In this document: piece by piece, positions 38,747 to 52,041 of the stretch
Layout of the letters: each line of letters opens with the position of its first letter
Position numbering within the stretch: the stretch's first letter is position 1
NCBI RefSeq assembly: GCF_964204645.1
Contig: NC_134025.1
Span: 21,055,101 to 21,119,100, forward strand
Direction of reading: 5' to 3'
Source of the DNA: Tubulanus polymorphus
Lineage: Eukaryota; Animalia; Nemertea
Length of the DNA stretch: 64,000 nt
The notes under the pieces: generated by a model
Told to the model about the DNA's origin: nothing
The model's input: the letters and a program-made list of their open reading frames with translations, nothing else
The model's database searches: none
Position numbers and translations under genes: made by a program

Positions 38747-41700
38747 TAAATAGTTATACCTGTGCGTTTGTTTGTTTGTTCTGGACAGATATTTTTGTTC
38801 AAATTTCTAAAGCAAAAAAAAATGTATTTGGAAGTATACTGAACTGAAGATGTATATAGTAAAAGTGAATACTGTAAATATACGGGTATATGGGCTCTTT
38901 CGAATCATATAAAACGGAGTTGTAGACGAGGTCAGTGATTTGGCTTGGCGGGTATTTTTGTTTCCTTTTATAAACGTACATGTATACGGGGCCTATATGT
39001 ATACATGCATACATGTCGACGATGTCATTTTCTTGACACTTTTAGTTACGACGTTTTCAGCACGAATTATCAACTGCATATACATTCCGTATCCTATATT
39101 CCGGATATTTCGTCTAGCCTAAATGTCTTTTCGTAGAAAATCCCTAGAATTTTTTTTTCTTCACGATTGCGCGGCCAATTCGGGTGAAATGATAATATAC
39201 GGTATATCTATTTACGTTTTTTTGACTTGCCACTTTAAATTGAACAATATATATTATTCTCGGACGTGCCGAGACTCCGACTATTATAGCGTCAGAATTA
39301 TTTCAAAAGTTAGGCTGTGTATGATGGAAACATGATGTCTGTATCTGTAACAAAAGTGTATTAATCTATATATGTGATAAAATACTATTATGAAACTTCT
39401 TGAGATGTATATGTTGTAAATATATGTATGTTGACGTATTCATTAACTAAGATTCTTAAACTGTTTAGGGAATGAATGAATTAATGATGTAATTCCTTGT
39501 TGTACGCGTAAAAATAAGAAATATTTGGGCTCATGGTGTGCTTTCCTGTTTATGTGTTGTTGCCGTAAGTACATATTTTAACTCAAACTTCGCTGCGCGT
39601 CCTGCGGCCGCTCTCTCGATGATGCTAGCATTTCGCGATTATACGTTACATTCATGGATAATTCTATAATATTTGTTAATAAAAATAGTATATACGATAT
39701 TATGTAAATTCGCAGAGTTTATTAAATATAGATAAATATATATATACATACATATGCGTGGTCTTTCAACTAATTATACCAGATAGACAAACTCAATTGC
39801 AAATTCAATCGCGCTCAAAACGTGTGTTTTGTTTATAAATTGTTATTGAGTGAAAACCCACAAAATAAATCTAGAACAATTCCAATTGTTTTATTCCTAA
39901 CGTTTCGGGTGGAATACTTCCACCGGAAACGTATAGAAAAAAATAATTTCTGTTTTTTTTTTCAGATTTATATTGTGGGTTTTCACTCGATTACATTCAA
40001 GACATTCATGGAAAAAGTCTCAACTACATGTATAGATTGAGTATGTCTATCGAAATGTTTTATCCAATGTGATTTGATTTCTTTTAAATAGAAATATCGG
40101 CGTTAATTTGAAATAGATCTAGCTGCTTGGGTATATATACATTTGACTACTATATCTATATGTCTCTCGGAATGCTTAGAAATTCACGTTTCTTTTCGAT
40201 GCATTATGAAAGCAATATAGATCAGAATCCAGTGTTGTATATATCTACAAACAGTGTTCAGGTATAAATTTCATTTCTTTTGGCAATAAGTGATATGTAT
40301 ATTGAATACGCTGTACTTATTTCTCATTCTGCTAAAATGTGAATATATAAATATTTGCGTCGATATCGTGTGAAAATGAATATCTATCGAAAAATGTTAA
40401 GAAATAAAATAAATAAATGTGACGGAAAAATATTTGTGCATTTTTTGTGAAAGAATTTAGAATCTCATCCTCGGAATTCGGTGTTGGTCGAGCGTCATAA
40501 GTGGACGATTTTCACGGAATTGGAAAAGTCTCCATTCGAACTTACTGACACGATAAAATAACCTTCGCCTCCCCTCAGTCCTACTCTGTCTGCATATATT
40601 TTTCCGGCGTCGAATGATTGAAGCTTTTTCTTCGTTTGGTAGAATTCACCGACGTACAGGCAGTTCACAGAGCAAAGAGGAGTCCACCATAATATCATAA
40701 ATATCATAACTGATGAGAAACTAATACTATACGGAAATTCGGTTGGTTCGTTTTCCTTCATGTTTTTCATTTCATTCTATCGATTTTCGATTTTTGCCTT
40801 GATGCCCGAAGGTGAGATATGAACGTTACATGTATACATCTCGCAAAAATGAACGATTCTACTAGACGAACTAATGCCGCACAAAAATATACGACGACAA
40901 ATCGTGTTTGAAATGCGCTTGATTAAATTTCAATCTGAAAAATGCGTACGATTTTGATTCAATATCGAGAACAATAGATTATCGTCTATATCTATCGTGT
41001 ACTCGGTGGCTGGAATATTGGCCAGTGCTAGTGACGTCAACAACAAAATAAATTCATCACTTACTAGTTGTATAAAATGAGCGTAATAGAAATAAATTCA
41101 TATCCATACACGTTCACATAATAATTCAAAGCAGTACGAATCTGTTTCATATATATATATGTGATTGCAGTGCATATAGATTTCTGACATCATTCGCTGA
41201 AAATAAGATATTGTCTCATCTATGGCGTATACCTGTTCCAGGCAGTGTCAGACACTTATAGCCTATATTTACTTCTATTTTCTAAATCATAGACTCTAAT
41301 GCGGTATGATGTATAGATATGTCTTTATTTTACGTTTGAAGTTTAAATTCATTAAGTCTTTAATCAAAACAAGTATATTGTAACTATATTACACATTTTG
41401 AAATATCAAATTACGGCATTTATTCATTAATATATCAATTTTAAACGATCCAAAAATGCCTACATTTCGGTTTAGAAATCAGATTGTACAGTGTTATCAC
41501 AAAAAAAGGATTTACTTGATATAAATGCATTTTCGTGGGAACAAATGGATACGTCTAGTTGATTCAAAATGAAGTCATGGGCGGTAAGTCATTTTCTAAT
41601 CCTCCGTATCAACATTATCTGCGAAGAAAATGCATGTAATGAAACCTATATCGCAATCAAATCAAACCAATAGTTATGACGGTACTTGAAATTGTTTTGA

Positions 41701-44700
41701 TGAATGAATGAATCCATTTATTTTGCATTTTAAGATTACATCATATTATAGAAAAATCAACAGGGTTTCGTATCAATTTTATTACGATAAAGAGTAATAA
41801 TGAAAATACCGATGATCATTGCAAAGTAGGACCCGGTTTCATGGTCGTGAGTTAGATTCAGCTCTTGAGTCAAATCAGTTCATTACCAGTTACTATATCT
41901 CTTGGGTCAAAACTAACACACAACTGTGGAACTAGGGTTAGGGTGGAGTCCAGATCTTTCTCTTATTCGCCAATTCGATGCATTGCTTAAAAGTCGCGTG
42001 GACTTTTCCGACGGAGACTTGAAATAAAAATTCACTTTTAGTGCAGTTTTAGTTTATCGTGTTTAGCGCAGTTTTCCGTAAAATACAATAAGATACGTGA
42101 CCTAATATCGTTGTGACACGTCTTCGAGTAGACTTTGGCTCCTTACCCCCATAAACCTTTGAATATAACGGCGTTCTAACCTGACAACGAATTGAGAAAA
42201 AAATATCGCGTTTTATTCAGTCGTCTGTCCGTCAAAATAATGCGCAAAGGGATGGGCGATGATACAAAAATATAGTTCAAGACATTTTTTACAATATACA
42301 GATCTATAATAACTCTGAATTTTTCTAGGCTAATTCCAGTCTCGATGCAACCATGAAAACAAACCTTCATTTTTAACGATATCCTGTTATTGTCGACTGT
42401 AACGGGTCAAACACAAACAGCCGATTTTAGGGATAGGCTCGATCGCGGAGTGGGCATAATAGTGTAAACCGTCGACACTATAACTGGGCCATCCCCTCCT
42501 CCTCGCCGGCGAAAACAACATTCAATTCATTCGGATTACATAGAATTGGAAAATAACAAGGTTGGGCGTCGTCGGATGGCCTTAACTAAAATTTGTGCGT
42601 CTTTAGCTTTTAATTTGTAAATATGAACAGCTTTACGTACAAAATCATAAAAATGTGATACAGAGAGATGATTTGAATAGATAGAAATAGTAGTTAATTT
42701 TACTCTATATCCTAATAACTTTATACAATATTCATATTCATCATGTGTATTGATTTTATATTTTTAACCGACACTGGACAGTCCATATAAGGTACTTGAC
42801 CATTGATCAGTGCCGGACTGGCCACTGGCATGTCAGTGCCATAAACTCTTATACTCTTCCATCCCGCTCTCTCTCTCATCTGGACATACAGAATAAAGAT
42901 CTATCATCATATTCATGCTGCAATTATAGTTAGAGTCATTTTTTTAATACATCTGAGCTGGAAACCTCGTTATCAAATACAATCTTGCTGTTAGGATTTT
43001 GTACGTGAGGAGTTAAATCACGGCGACGGAAAAACATATACGTAGTGGGCTTAGCATATACCATAGTATTATAGTATGCATATTAAGTATGTATTGATGA
43101 GCCCTTGCGGGCTAAGTTGGGATCACCGCCAGGCAGGCCCGTAGCGTGAGGAATATGCGGGTGGGTTGGTTTTTGATTTGATTGGAACTGTAGGGGGTCA
43201 GCAGTGAGTTAATGCTGCCCTCCCCCAAGAAGATTTTGAAAATTGTATGCTGAAATTGGGCCTCTCGGAGATTTCCGTTGATATAATGAAGGTGTATATG
43301 AATAAATGAACAAATTCTTAACTACAAATGTATTACTACGTTGCAATGTAAGTGTAACGTTTTTGTTTAACATTTACTTTAAGATTTTTCGCGCCACGTC
43401 GGACGGGCCTGTGGGCTACAAAAAGAATCGTATCGCTTGAACCCCATAACCAAGAGTTAACCAGAAAATTACGATATTTTTAGGCTAGTTGAATGAAAAC
43501 TGCCAATAGTCCATACAATCTAGAGAAATTGTTGGCGCAATTACAGAAAATGCCTTTTGCCGCCTAAAAAGATGAGCTAATACGAAGGTAGCACGTCATC
43601 ATTTTTTTGTCTTATTCCATTGTTTGTATTTTTTGCGAATGACACAACCAGCGACAGGGGAATCAGTCCAAAAGACGGGTCCCGATCAAACGTTCACAAT
43701 GCTTATTCTTCACTATACGCGAAATGCTTGAAAGTTCAAGGGATCCTACTTCAAGCTCCCACGGCGAACCTATTGTATTGACCGCACAAAGAATCGGATA
43801 TTCTTCAAAGGTATCCGACAGAAATTAAAAATTCTTATCGAAACTCCAAAGGTGTCTGAATATTTTGAATATACAATCAACGTTGATGGCGATCGTTGTT
43901 GCATATTGCATTTACAGTGTGGTTGCCGCCGACTCTTGAGAGAGAGAGAGAGAGCTTTTAGACATATTACATTATAATCAATACTTAACAAGGTTTTCGT
44001 ATAACGGAATGTAATCTTTTGAAGTTTATTCTGTAAAACACCGATTTCGTTATTTATACCACCCACCGGTTTTGTTAAACGGTACATAATTGCCGTTGTC
44101 CGACCACAAATTTACATGCTCGATGTCAACGTGTCAGTGAAGTTTTAACTGGAAAAAAATACCGGCCACACACGTCGAAATTTAGGCAGGTTATACCTAT
44201 ATCACTGGTGGCGATATACCACCCAGAATTTACAGAAAACCTGGACGTCGTAATTCAACCGTAGGTTCTCACCTGTCAAAATCGAAACAGTTCCTCCTCT
44301 CCTCTCAGTGTCCCGTTTGCTTGTTTGTTAGTTTCTCGTTGATTGCACGTAGCTTTTTCGACCTATGAGTTTTTTGACCACACAAAATTCAGCTCAGTTT
44401 AAATCAGGTTAGCTATATAGCGAACATCTATGAATTAAAAAGCGACGTATCGCTTCGCCGATGAAAGGGAAGAAAATAGCTGCCAAGGGGGTGGGGGGGC
44501 TCGCGAACGAACCCCCTTAAATGTTCATAGTGCCCTTCAATAAGTCAGTGTAAAAAAATTTTGGCCAAGGTTTTTCGAAATTTGGATACAATTTTCATGT
44601 TTTTTTTTGTGGAGAATGTTCATGTTTTTGTAAAAATGAAAATTCATCCATTCTAAGATTATTTACTCAGATACCCGGGCACTTCAGATTAGCCCTTTTC

Positions 44701-45098
44701 CACGGTGAAAGTGCCATCATTCACGATGAAAGTTCCCTTTTTCTTAGAATGGAACTGTCCCTCCAAAAAGCTCGGCACAGGCCTGATGCGAATTGAATTA
44801 GTTTTGATGTACATGCTTCAATTTCAATCGGGTTTAGTAAGGTAATTTAATGATAACTTAATTCTAAGATTATGCGGAAATGCTGACATTATGGGAATCT
44901 AATACTACGTGTATATTTATCACGATTTATCGGACATATAATATACAGTAAACCTGGCATACATATCGGACAAACTGGGACCGGTAAAATCATCGGTCCG
45001 AGGTAAGGATCAGAAGATACGTCAGGAAATCAGAAAATGATTTGTGTGGTTCGAGTAGGTCATGTCTCAGCAAGGCGAGGTTTAATCGGGTACACATA

Positions 45099-45387
45099 AG
45101 CCGCGATCACACGAGCGTATTTGGCCCGGGCTAAATTCGGCCCAGAACAACTGTTCTCGCGATGCCTGTTTAGCCCGGTCCAGATTTGGCCCGACCAAAA
45201 ACGTCGGACCAGGCCCGCACCAAGTTTTAACACGATGCAAATGACGGAAATAACTCACTTCGCTTTGTTTAATGTTTAGTATCGAGTGAGCAGTTTACAT
45301 GTGAACGCACTCTCTAATTAGGCACGGGCCAAATTTAAACTGGGCCTGATCCATGCCAATTTGGACAGTCTCCGTGTGGCCGCGGCC
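45099..45387. mobile_element. PIF/Harbinger-like MITE, 3-bp TSD
   Basis: TIR AGCCGCGATCACACG / CGTGTGGCCGCGGCC, ATA on both flanks, and internal GGCCCG repeats. Confidence 0.7.
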
Positions 45388-48212
45388 ATAACTAATTTGG
45401 ACCTATGATAAAATCTGATAAGGCTAAAATGAAACTATACTTTGCTTCTCCTTATAGGCTGGGTCACTTTAGTTAACTACGATAAAATTTGTTATCAGTT
45501 CATTTCTATATAGCTGCCGGGTCTAATACTAAGTTGAACATGATTTGTAAAGGGTAGATATGCGGCCGGCCGGGTCAATGAGAAACAAGTTACCAATTTT
45601 TTAGTCTTACATTTATTTTCTTTGAATGACTTAAGCCACGGAGATGCACAACTCCTCGATATGACCGATTTTCTAGCCTCCGTGAAGTTTCCGTTAAGTT
45701 CGCAACTCGGCGCGCGCGCGGTTGCGCCAAGTACATCTACTTAAAAAACACGTCCAGGGTTTCATATCATCTAAAGTAGACTTGTCAGAACGTACATTTA
45801 TCAAAATATTGCTAGTATTTCTTTTTATTGCAGTTTAGAGATACCAGGTGTAGACACACATACACGTCTAAGGTCGACCCGCGGGATTGATTCCCACGGC
45901 ACACACAGCCAGTGTAGATGAATGATTCATCTTTACCCCTTCCTTCAGTCGGTTTTACCGGTAAAATCCACCACCACCACCAGCACCGTGATCTAATGAG
46001 GTCTTAGTCAGAGGTTTTCGTTCCAGCGCGCCGCTGCGGCAACTTGATGATTCCGCGCCGATCCACAAGTGAACGCAGATTTATCACAATTCTGATCAGA
46101 CGTTCACTTTCGCGAAGCGCTAACTCGCGGGATTAGTCACAATCTTATATCATTCTCGGCGCTACGCAATAATATATCTTCTAATACACACGGTACATGT
46201 CCTGAAAAGCCACGTCGATGACCGTAATCATATTTGGCAATCACGCGACGGAATTATTTTCAATAAGATAACTAAGCAGAAAGGGTTATTATTTTCATTT
46301 TAGATTGCAACTTTCCTTATATCAACAACAGTCAGCAATGGTGTCGTCGTAGGCCTATGTCACCGGCTTTCTGGCGTACAGTCAGTCGAATATGCACTTT
46401 CGTTGAAACCGAGAAAAATCAATTTGAAATTCTGAACTTATTTCTCGCCCTCATTTCCGGATCTTCATCTATCTCGGATATTAAGTTACAGTAAGCTGAC
46501 CTGTGTCCCTTATTAAACGAGCAAATGCCAAAGATGACTGATACTTACCAATATTTTTGAACTGAAAAAAGGGGTCGCCATACTCGACGAGGTCCAGAAA
46601 AACATTCGAGATGCAATGACCATATTCGATGGTTCACCAAAAATATAATCGATTTACATTTCGCTCTATAATAATTCATTCTCCATGTTCAAGGGAATAT
46701 ATGCCCATATATGGATATTCGACGCTAAACCATATTCATTAACATAGCTAACCTCACCTACCTCGGACAAACTGGGACTGGCAAAATTTGGTCCGAGGTA
46801 ACCGAAATCCGAGTTAAGGATATGAAAATACGTTAGGAAGTCGGAAAATGGTTTCGTTTTTGTCGACTTAGTCAAACGTCCGAGTTAGCCGTGTCCTAGT
46901 GCATGGCAAGGTTTACTGTAATTGATTAGCCCGAATAATTAGCAGAGCGTTCGTTATCACATTTGCAGAAATGAAACTTGGTGATTTTAATATGGAATAT
47001 TCAGCTCATTTTCGACATAAATTGCATATTCGACGGTTCACCAGCCAGCAATATATTGAAACGTAGCGGCAATTCACAATTGCGTAGTGTTGTCTATTGT
47101 CGAATACTGAAGTCTTTTCCAACTGGGCCAGTTCCTAAGTCATACGATACATTTTCAGAGATTTAACTGAATGAGAAAAAAGTCTTTCCGCACAAACCAT
47201 AAACGACGGAAAGGAAATAAAGAAGACAAAGAATTCCGACGAAAATAATTGTAAAATACACGTTATTTATGTTGTGTTCATTCACAAAATGTGATTTAAT
47301 ATTAGTTGAAATGTTGAAGCATAACATACATCATACGTGACACGTTTTATCGTACAATTAGCACAATGATAATTTTTCACAAAGAAAAAAGAACGAACGA
47401 TTCAAAAACTGCGGTAAACCGTATACATCGTCTAAATTGGCTGAGCAGTGTTACGGTGACATTTTCAAACTAATCGAAATGTAAAGCAGCACCTACAGTA
47501 AGGCATTAAGTTCTCCGTATTAAACTGGGTCAGATATGGCTTTAAGACCTAGGCTCGGTTTCAGGTTGAGTATTAGCATAAAATGGTTAAGTCGTTTGGA
47601 AGTATAGATCTTATTGAAAACATAACCCAAAAATTTTTTTCCGTAATGAAACTGGACATGGATTGGCCACAGGCGACCTGCAGGCTGAACTGATTTCTGC
47701 GCAAAAACCAGTTTAATGAAGTTAATTCTTTTCTAAATGATTCAAAATCTATGAAATGCCCACCCATACAGAGATCGCTATAAGATGCATCTAAATCTGA
47801 GAGAATATTTCGCGTGAGTCTCAAATTCAACACATACACCATATTATCATTACAACACTCATAAACAGGGGCGTTGAAAGCAACTTTTGATTGCCGCGGC
47901 CAAATGCCGATTTTGGACAGGTTCTAAATATTGCCGCGGCGAATATACTTAATTTCTTCAAAAACGTGGTATTCAAAGGAAAAAAAAACGTCATTCCGTA
48001 TATTATCGCTGCAGTCGCTGCACTTCCAACGCCACTGATAAAGCTAGAGATCTCGAAGGTATCGTAGAAAGGACTGGTTCGACAACCTAGCATAGACTCT
48101 TCCAGAAAACAAGACCACCACCGTAAAATCGCTTAGCAATATAACCAACAGTTACGGTTATGATAATCATTCGATAGGTCCCGTAGCGATCAGAGATTTA
48201 CAGTCAGTTGAT

Positions 48213-48392
48213 CAGGGGCTGGAGCAGGAAAACCGTGGTCAGCAAACTGTGATTAGGCATTAACGGGCGCAGTAAAATGCTGTTAGCTAAGCGCCGTGTT
48301 CTTGCGAGCTCTCATCTTAAGCTGCTTAGCCTAACCATGGATAAGCCACTGACCACGGTTAGGCTGATAAGGTTTTCCTGCATCCACCCCCC
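48213..48392. mobile_element. Palindromic MITE in the probable eIF5 3' UTR
   Basis: GGGGCTGGAGCAGGAAAACC ... GGTTTTCCTGCATCCACCCC, with internal ACCGTGGTCAG/CTGACCACGGT arms. Confidence 0.6.
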
Positions 48393-49757
48393 GGAGGCCA
48401 GTTGCTCAAAATTTAGTTTCCGATGAAAAAAGTTCGGGTTGATACTACGATATTTATCCACCGGTTATCTTAAAGCAACTTTTCGGCAACCAGCCTCGCG
48501 TTTCTAATTAATCCAGTACAGACAACTTCTTCAAATAAGAATCGTAACAAAAAAAAACAAAACGAAATCCGCAAAATTTCAACAATTAGATGAGTCAAAC
48601 TTGGTTTATCTTTTCACTACTGGCTTATATATTTTGATATCGCAGGGGCGCGCACGAAAATCCGCATTTAAAGTCGATCGAAGAGTCCGACTAAACATAA
48701 ACACGAACATGTTACGCACAGGCTGCACAAGTCGTTTTACCGGAATCGCTTCCTCCTCAAAGAGTATATATATACTACATATTTGGAACAGCCGCGTGAT
48801 ACAAATATACAGAACAGAGAATCATTCAATCGGAGTTTAAAGTACATTCAGCAACACCTTTGAATCCATTATCAAATTTTTTTTATCTCGAAATAAAACG
48901 AGTACAATGGACTTCAGATTATCTGTTGGTTGATAATCGAGGCTAGGGCACAACTGGGGCAAGTTACTCGAAACTTGGTTCAAAACCAACAGATAAATAC
49001 CGTAGTAACAATGAACTTACAATTGTCGCTATGTCAACTTTATCCACAACAGCCAGGTTATCCAGGTTAACAGCGACCAACTTTCGAGCTACCTACCCCT
49101 GAATGTAATATCGATCGATGAACGATTATTTTTCGTAATCAGCGATTCGTAAAGCATTGACCGAAAACTGACCGTAGCGGATAATCGAGTATAGTCATCA
49201 TCGTTCCTACGAGTGGAAATAAACATATCTTAGCACAACATAAAAATATGAAGATATATACCCCGCGTGTAGTCGGTGCAGCGAACACGGGGTTATATTG
49301 TATTGTTTCTTTTTTTTTACACGGTATATTCTACAATCAACAAAAAGCACCAACTTTTGACTAAATTACACAATCACAAAAATATTTTGTTTATTAACAA
49401 CGCGCGCGCGCGCACTCACTTCCCTTGTCTTCGCATCCAACGGGAAAAAAAATGAAACGAAATAAACCTAAGATAGTTAAAAAGGAATGAAAAGCTGTTC
49501 ACGCTGATCTCTAACAGCGGCTCACAACACCAAAAATTCATCATAGCGAGAACAGTTCAACAGTTGGTAATAGTTTTAATCGTCCAGTAATAAATAGTTA
49601 CCATCATCAATCGTCAATTTGATGGATTAGATTTTTGTTATTTTCTTATTCCGTCACCCGAGAGATTAGTAGTACGTAGACTTCTACATATAATTTATCG
49701 TTATTACATAAACGTATGCCGTATTCTAAGAGAAAGCTCGTGTCGTATTCTTTATTA

Positions 49758-49886
49758 TTATATGGCGTCGATGTCGAAGTCCTCCTCTTCGTCGTCGTCA
49801 TTACTCGCTTGGATCTTGGTCGCGGCCGGAACTGCTGGCTTAATCGTTTTCGTTTCGATTTGTCGCGCGTCTTTGCTGTAGACGAC
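49758..49886 (-). CDS. EIF5: eIF5 terminal coding exon
   Basis: The ORF track shows this in the wrong frame. The correct frame after the acceptor at 49887-49888 reads VVYSKDARQIETKTIKPAVPAATKIQASNDDDEEEDFDIDAI*, with the eIF5-typical VVYS start and DIDAI end. Phase 0 matches the 62298 donor. Confidence 0.9.
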   Translation of the reverse strand, partial: VVYSKDARQIETKTIKPAVPAATKIQASNDDDEEEDFDIDAI

Positions 49887-50307
49887 CTACAAAATACATC
49901 GAAAATCAAATTATTCATCAAGCGTGTCGATAATCAGTTTGATCGCCATTAAATATGCGGCATGTCATAGGGGTGGATATAGGGTCTGCTTCAGGGAGGA
50001 ATGCACCCCCAAAATAGGGCACGTCATATAATTACAAGTAGGGCACTCAGAAAGAAAGCTCGTCCAAAAACGTAACTCATTTTTGGAAATAAGCTTATGA
50101 AATGAAACTTTTGTAGTTAGCAATTTCATTTTCTCGTTAAGTTCAGGGGGGTGCATTCCCTGCACCATCCCCTTTGCTTTTGTGCCTCTTAGCAGGTCTG
50201 CATCATTGCAAGGGGTTGTACAATTTTGGGGTTTCTGAGAGATGCCTTCCACCGAAAAAATATCTGTCAAAAGGTGAATTATCTCATCGAAGGGGGGTGT
50301 ATAGGGT

Positions 50308-52041
50308 AATAAAGAAGTTTCCAGTTTCTAGGCGCCATTTTGTGGCGGTCCCGCAAGGTCCCCATTGTTGCAATAATTTGCGCTCATTTTTAAAACATAA
50401 GTTTAGATTGAATATCATATAGTTCTGCAGTCCCTTGCTCGACGAAATCAATTTACACACCATTTTAAAGGAAATGAAATGCAGATATTTGCTGGCGATT
50501 CTTGGAATTTTTGAACGCAACAATTGAGAACAGTGACAACGTGAAACCAAGGACCGCATATCTAGACCGTGCGTAAAAGAAATCGCAATATTTATTAATT
50601 TTAAAATATCTAAGTATCTCTTCAAGCTATATTTCCTATTTTCACAGAGGTTAAAGAGGGTTATTGGCAGTTTAAGCCTGCGTTAAAATCTTTTGAATAT
50701 CTTACCTGACGACTGATCTGTACCCGCTTGAGTTTGAGATTACGCGCAAAAGGAGTCTCCCACTGCGCATTGCAATTTCACTGAACTTTGAGATTTGCGA
50801 CAAGAAATTTTTAAATGCAATTTGATTTCTTCACATTTTCCATGGGGATATTTTGAGATGATAATCCATATCTTCTTTGTACCGTATTTTGGCGGGGGCA
50901 ATTCGTTAATCTGGTTTCGGGATCCGGTTTGAAGTGTGAACGGCCCAGTTGAGGAATTGTCGTCCAGCCTAGCGCCGATTTTGTGTTCGGTGATATCAAA
51001 CGTTTTAGAGTCGATGGTGAAATGTGCCAGTCAATTTAAACGCTTAGGGCATATTTAACACATATCTCTCTCTGGTAATCCCTCATTCTACGATCATACA
51101 ATTTAATGAATCTCAACCTTCTTGCTGGAAAACATCTACCAGAAAACCTTACTGATATAAAATTCCAATATAATATTTAAAGGGGTTCATATCTGTCCCC
51201 CATTTGATATTCTGTTTTAGGGGGTCAACGTCCAGTTTGGCAACTTTCAGCTGCGCCGCATATTCAAAAATATAAAAAAACTTAGATTTTTTTTCTAGTG
51301 TCCAACCATGAGTGGTACATTCGGTTGAAACGCAAATTAGGTTCTCAACTAGGCCACATTTGCAACCAACACAGAAAGTCCCCACTCTTACAAGAAATCC
51401 TTTAATTTCCCAACGCTACAAAACTCGAATTCATCAAAACACTCAAAGTCCATTTTCAACCATACGAAAATAAAGGTAATATATAACCATCAGAAGCAAT
51501 ATTGATGATTACAAACCAGTATATAATTTTATTTTTGCGATTTCTTTTCACAAATCTCAATGTTCAGTGAAATGGCGGTGCGCAGTGGGGAGACCCCTTT
51601 TGCGCGTAATCTCAAACTCAAGCGGGTACAGATCAGTCGTCAGGAAAGATATTTTAAAAAATTCAACGCAGGCTTAAACTGCAAATAACCCTCTTTAACC
51701 TCTGTGAAAACAGGAAATATAGCTTTAAGAGATACTTAGATATTTTAAAATTAATAAATATTGCGATTTCTTTTACGCACGGTCTAGATATGCGGTCCTT
51801 GGTTTCACATCGTCACTGTTCTCAATTGTTGCGTTCAAAAATTCCAAGAATCGCCAGCAAATATCTGCATTTCATCTCCTTTAAAATGGTGTATAAATTG
51901 ATTTCGTCGAGCAAGGGACTGCAGAACTATATGATATTCAATCTAAACTTATGTTTTAAAATTGAGCGCAAATTATCGCAACAATAGGGACCTCGAGGGA
52001 CCGCCACAAAATGGCGCCTAGAAACTGGAAACTTCTTTATT
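50308..52041. mobile_element. Non-autonomous DNA transposon / foldback element with ~500-bp terminal inverted repeats
   Basis: 50308-~50815 is the reverse complement of ~51531-52041 (termini AATAAAGAAGTTTCCAGTTTCTAGGCGCC). The ORF track shows near-identical peptides on opposite strands (50284-50625 and 51790-51987). The spacer is about 715 bp with no transposase ORF. Confidence 0.88.

Noticed and set aside
46044-46110. TGATGA...CTGA pair and AAGTGAACG/CGTTCACTT hairpin
   Set aside because: Too short and without a terminal stem or recognisable guide for a C/D snoRNA. The stem is too interrupted for a pre-miRNA.
49646-49952. ORF-track peptides (Arg-rich minus-strand ORF and plus-strand ORF)
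   Set aside because: They are wrong-frame or antisense shadows of the eIF5 terminal exon.
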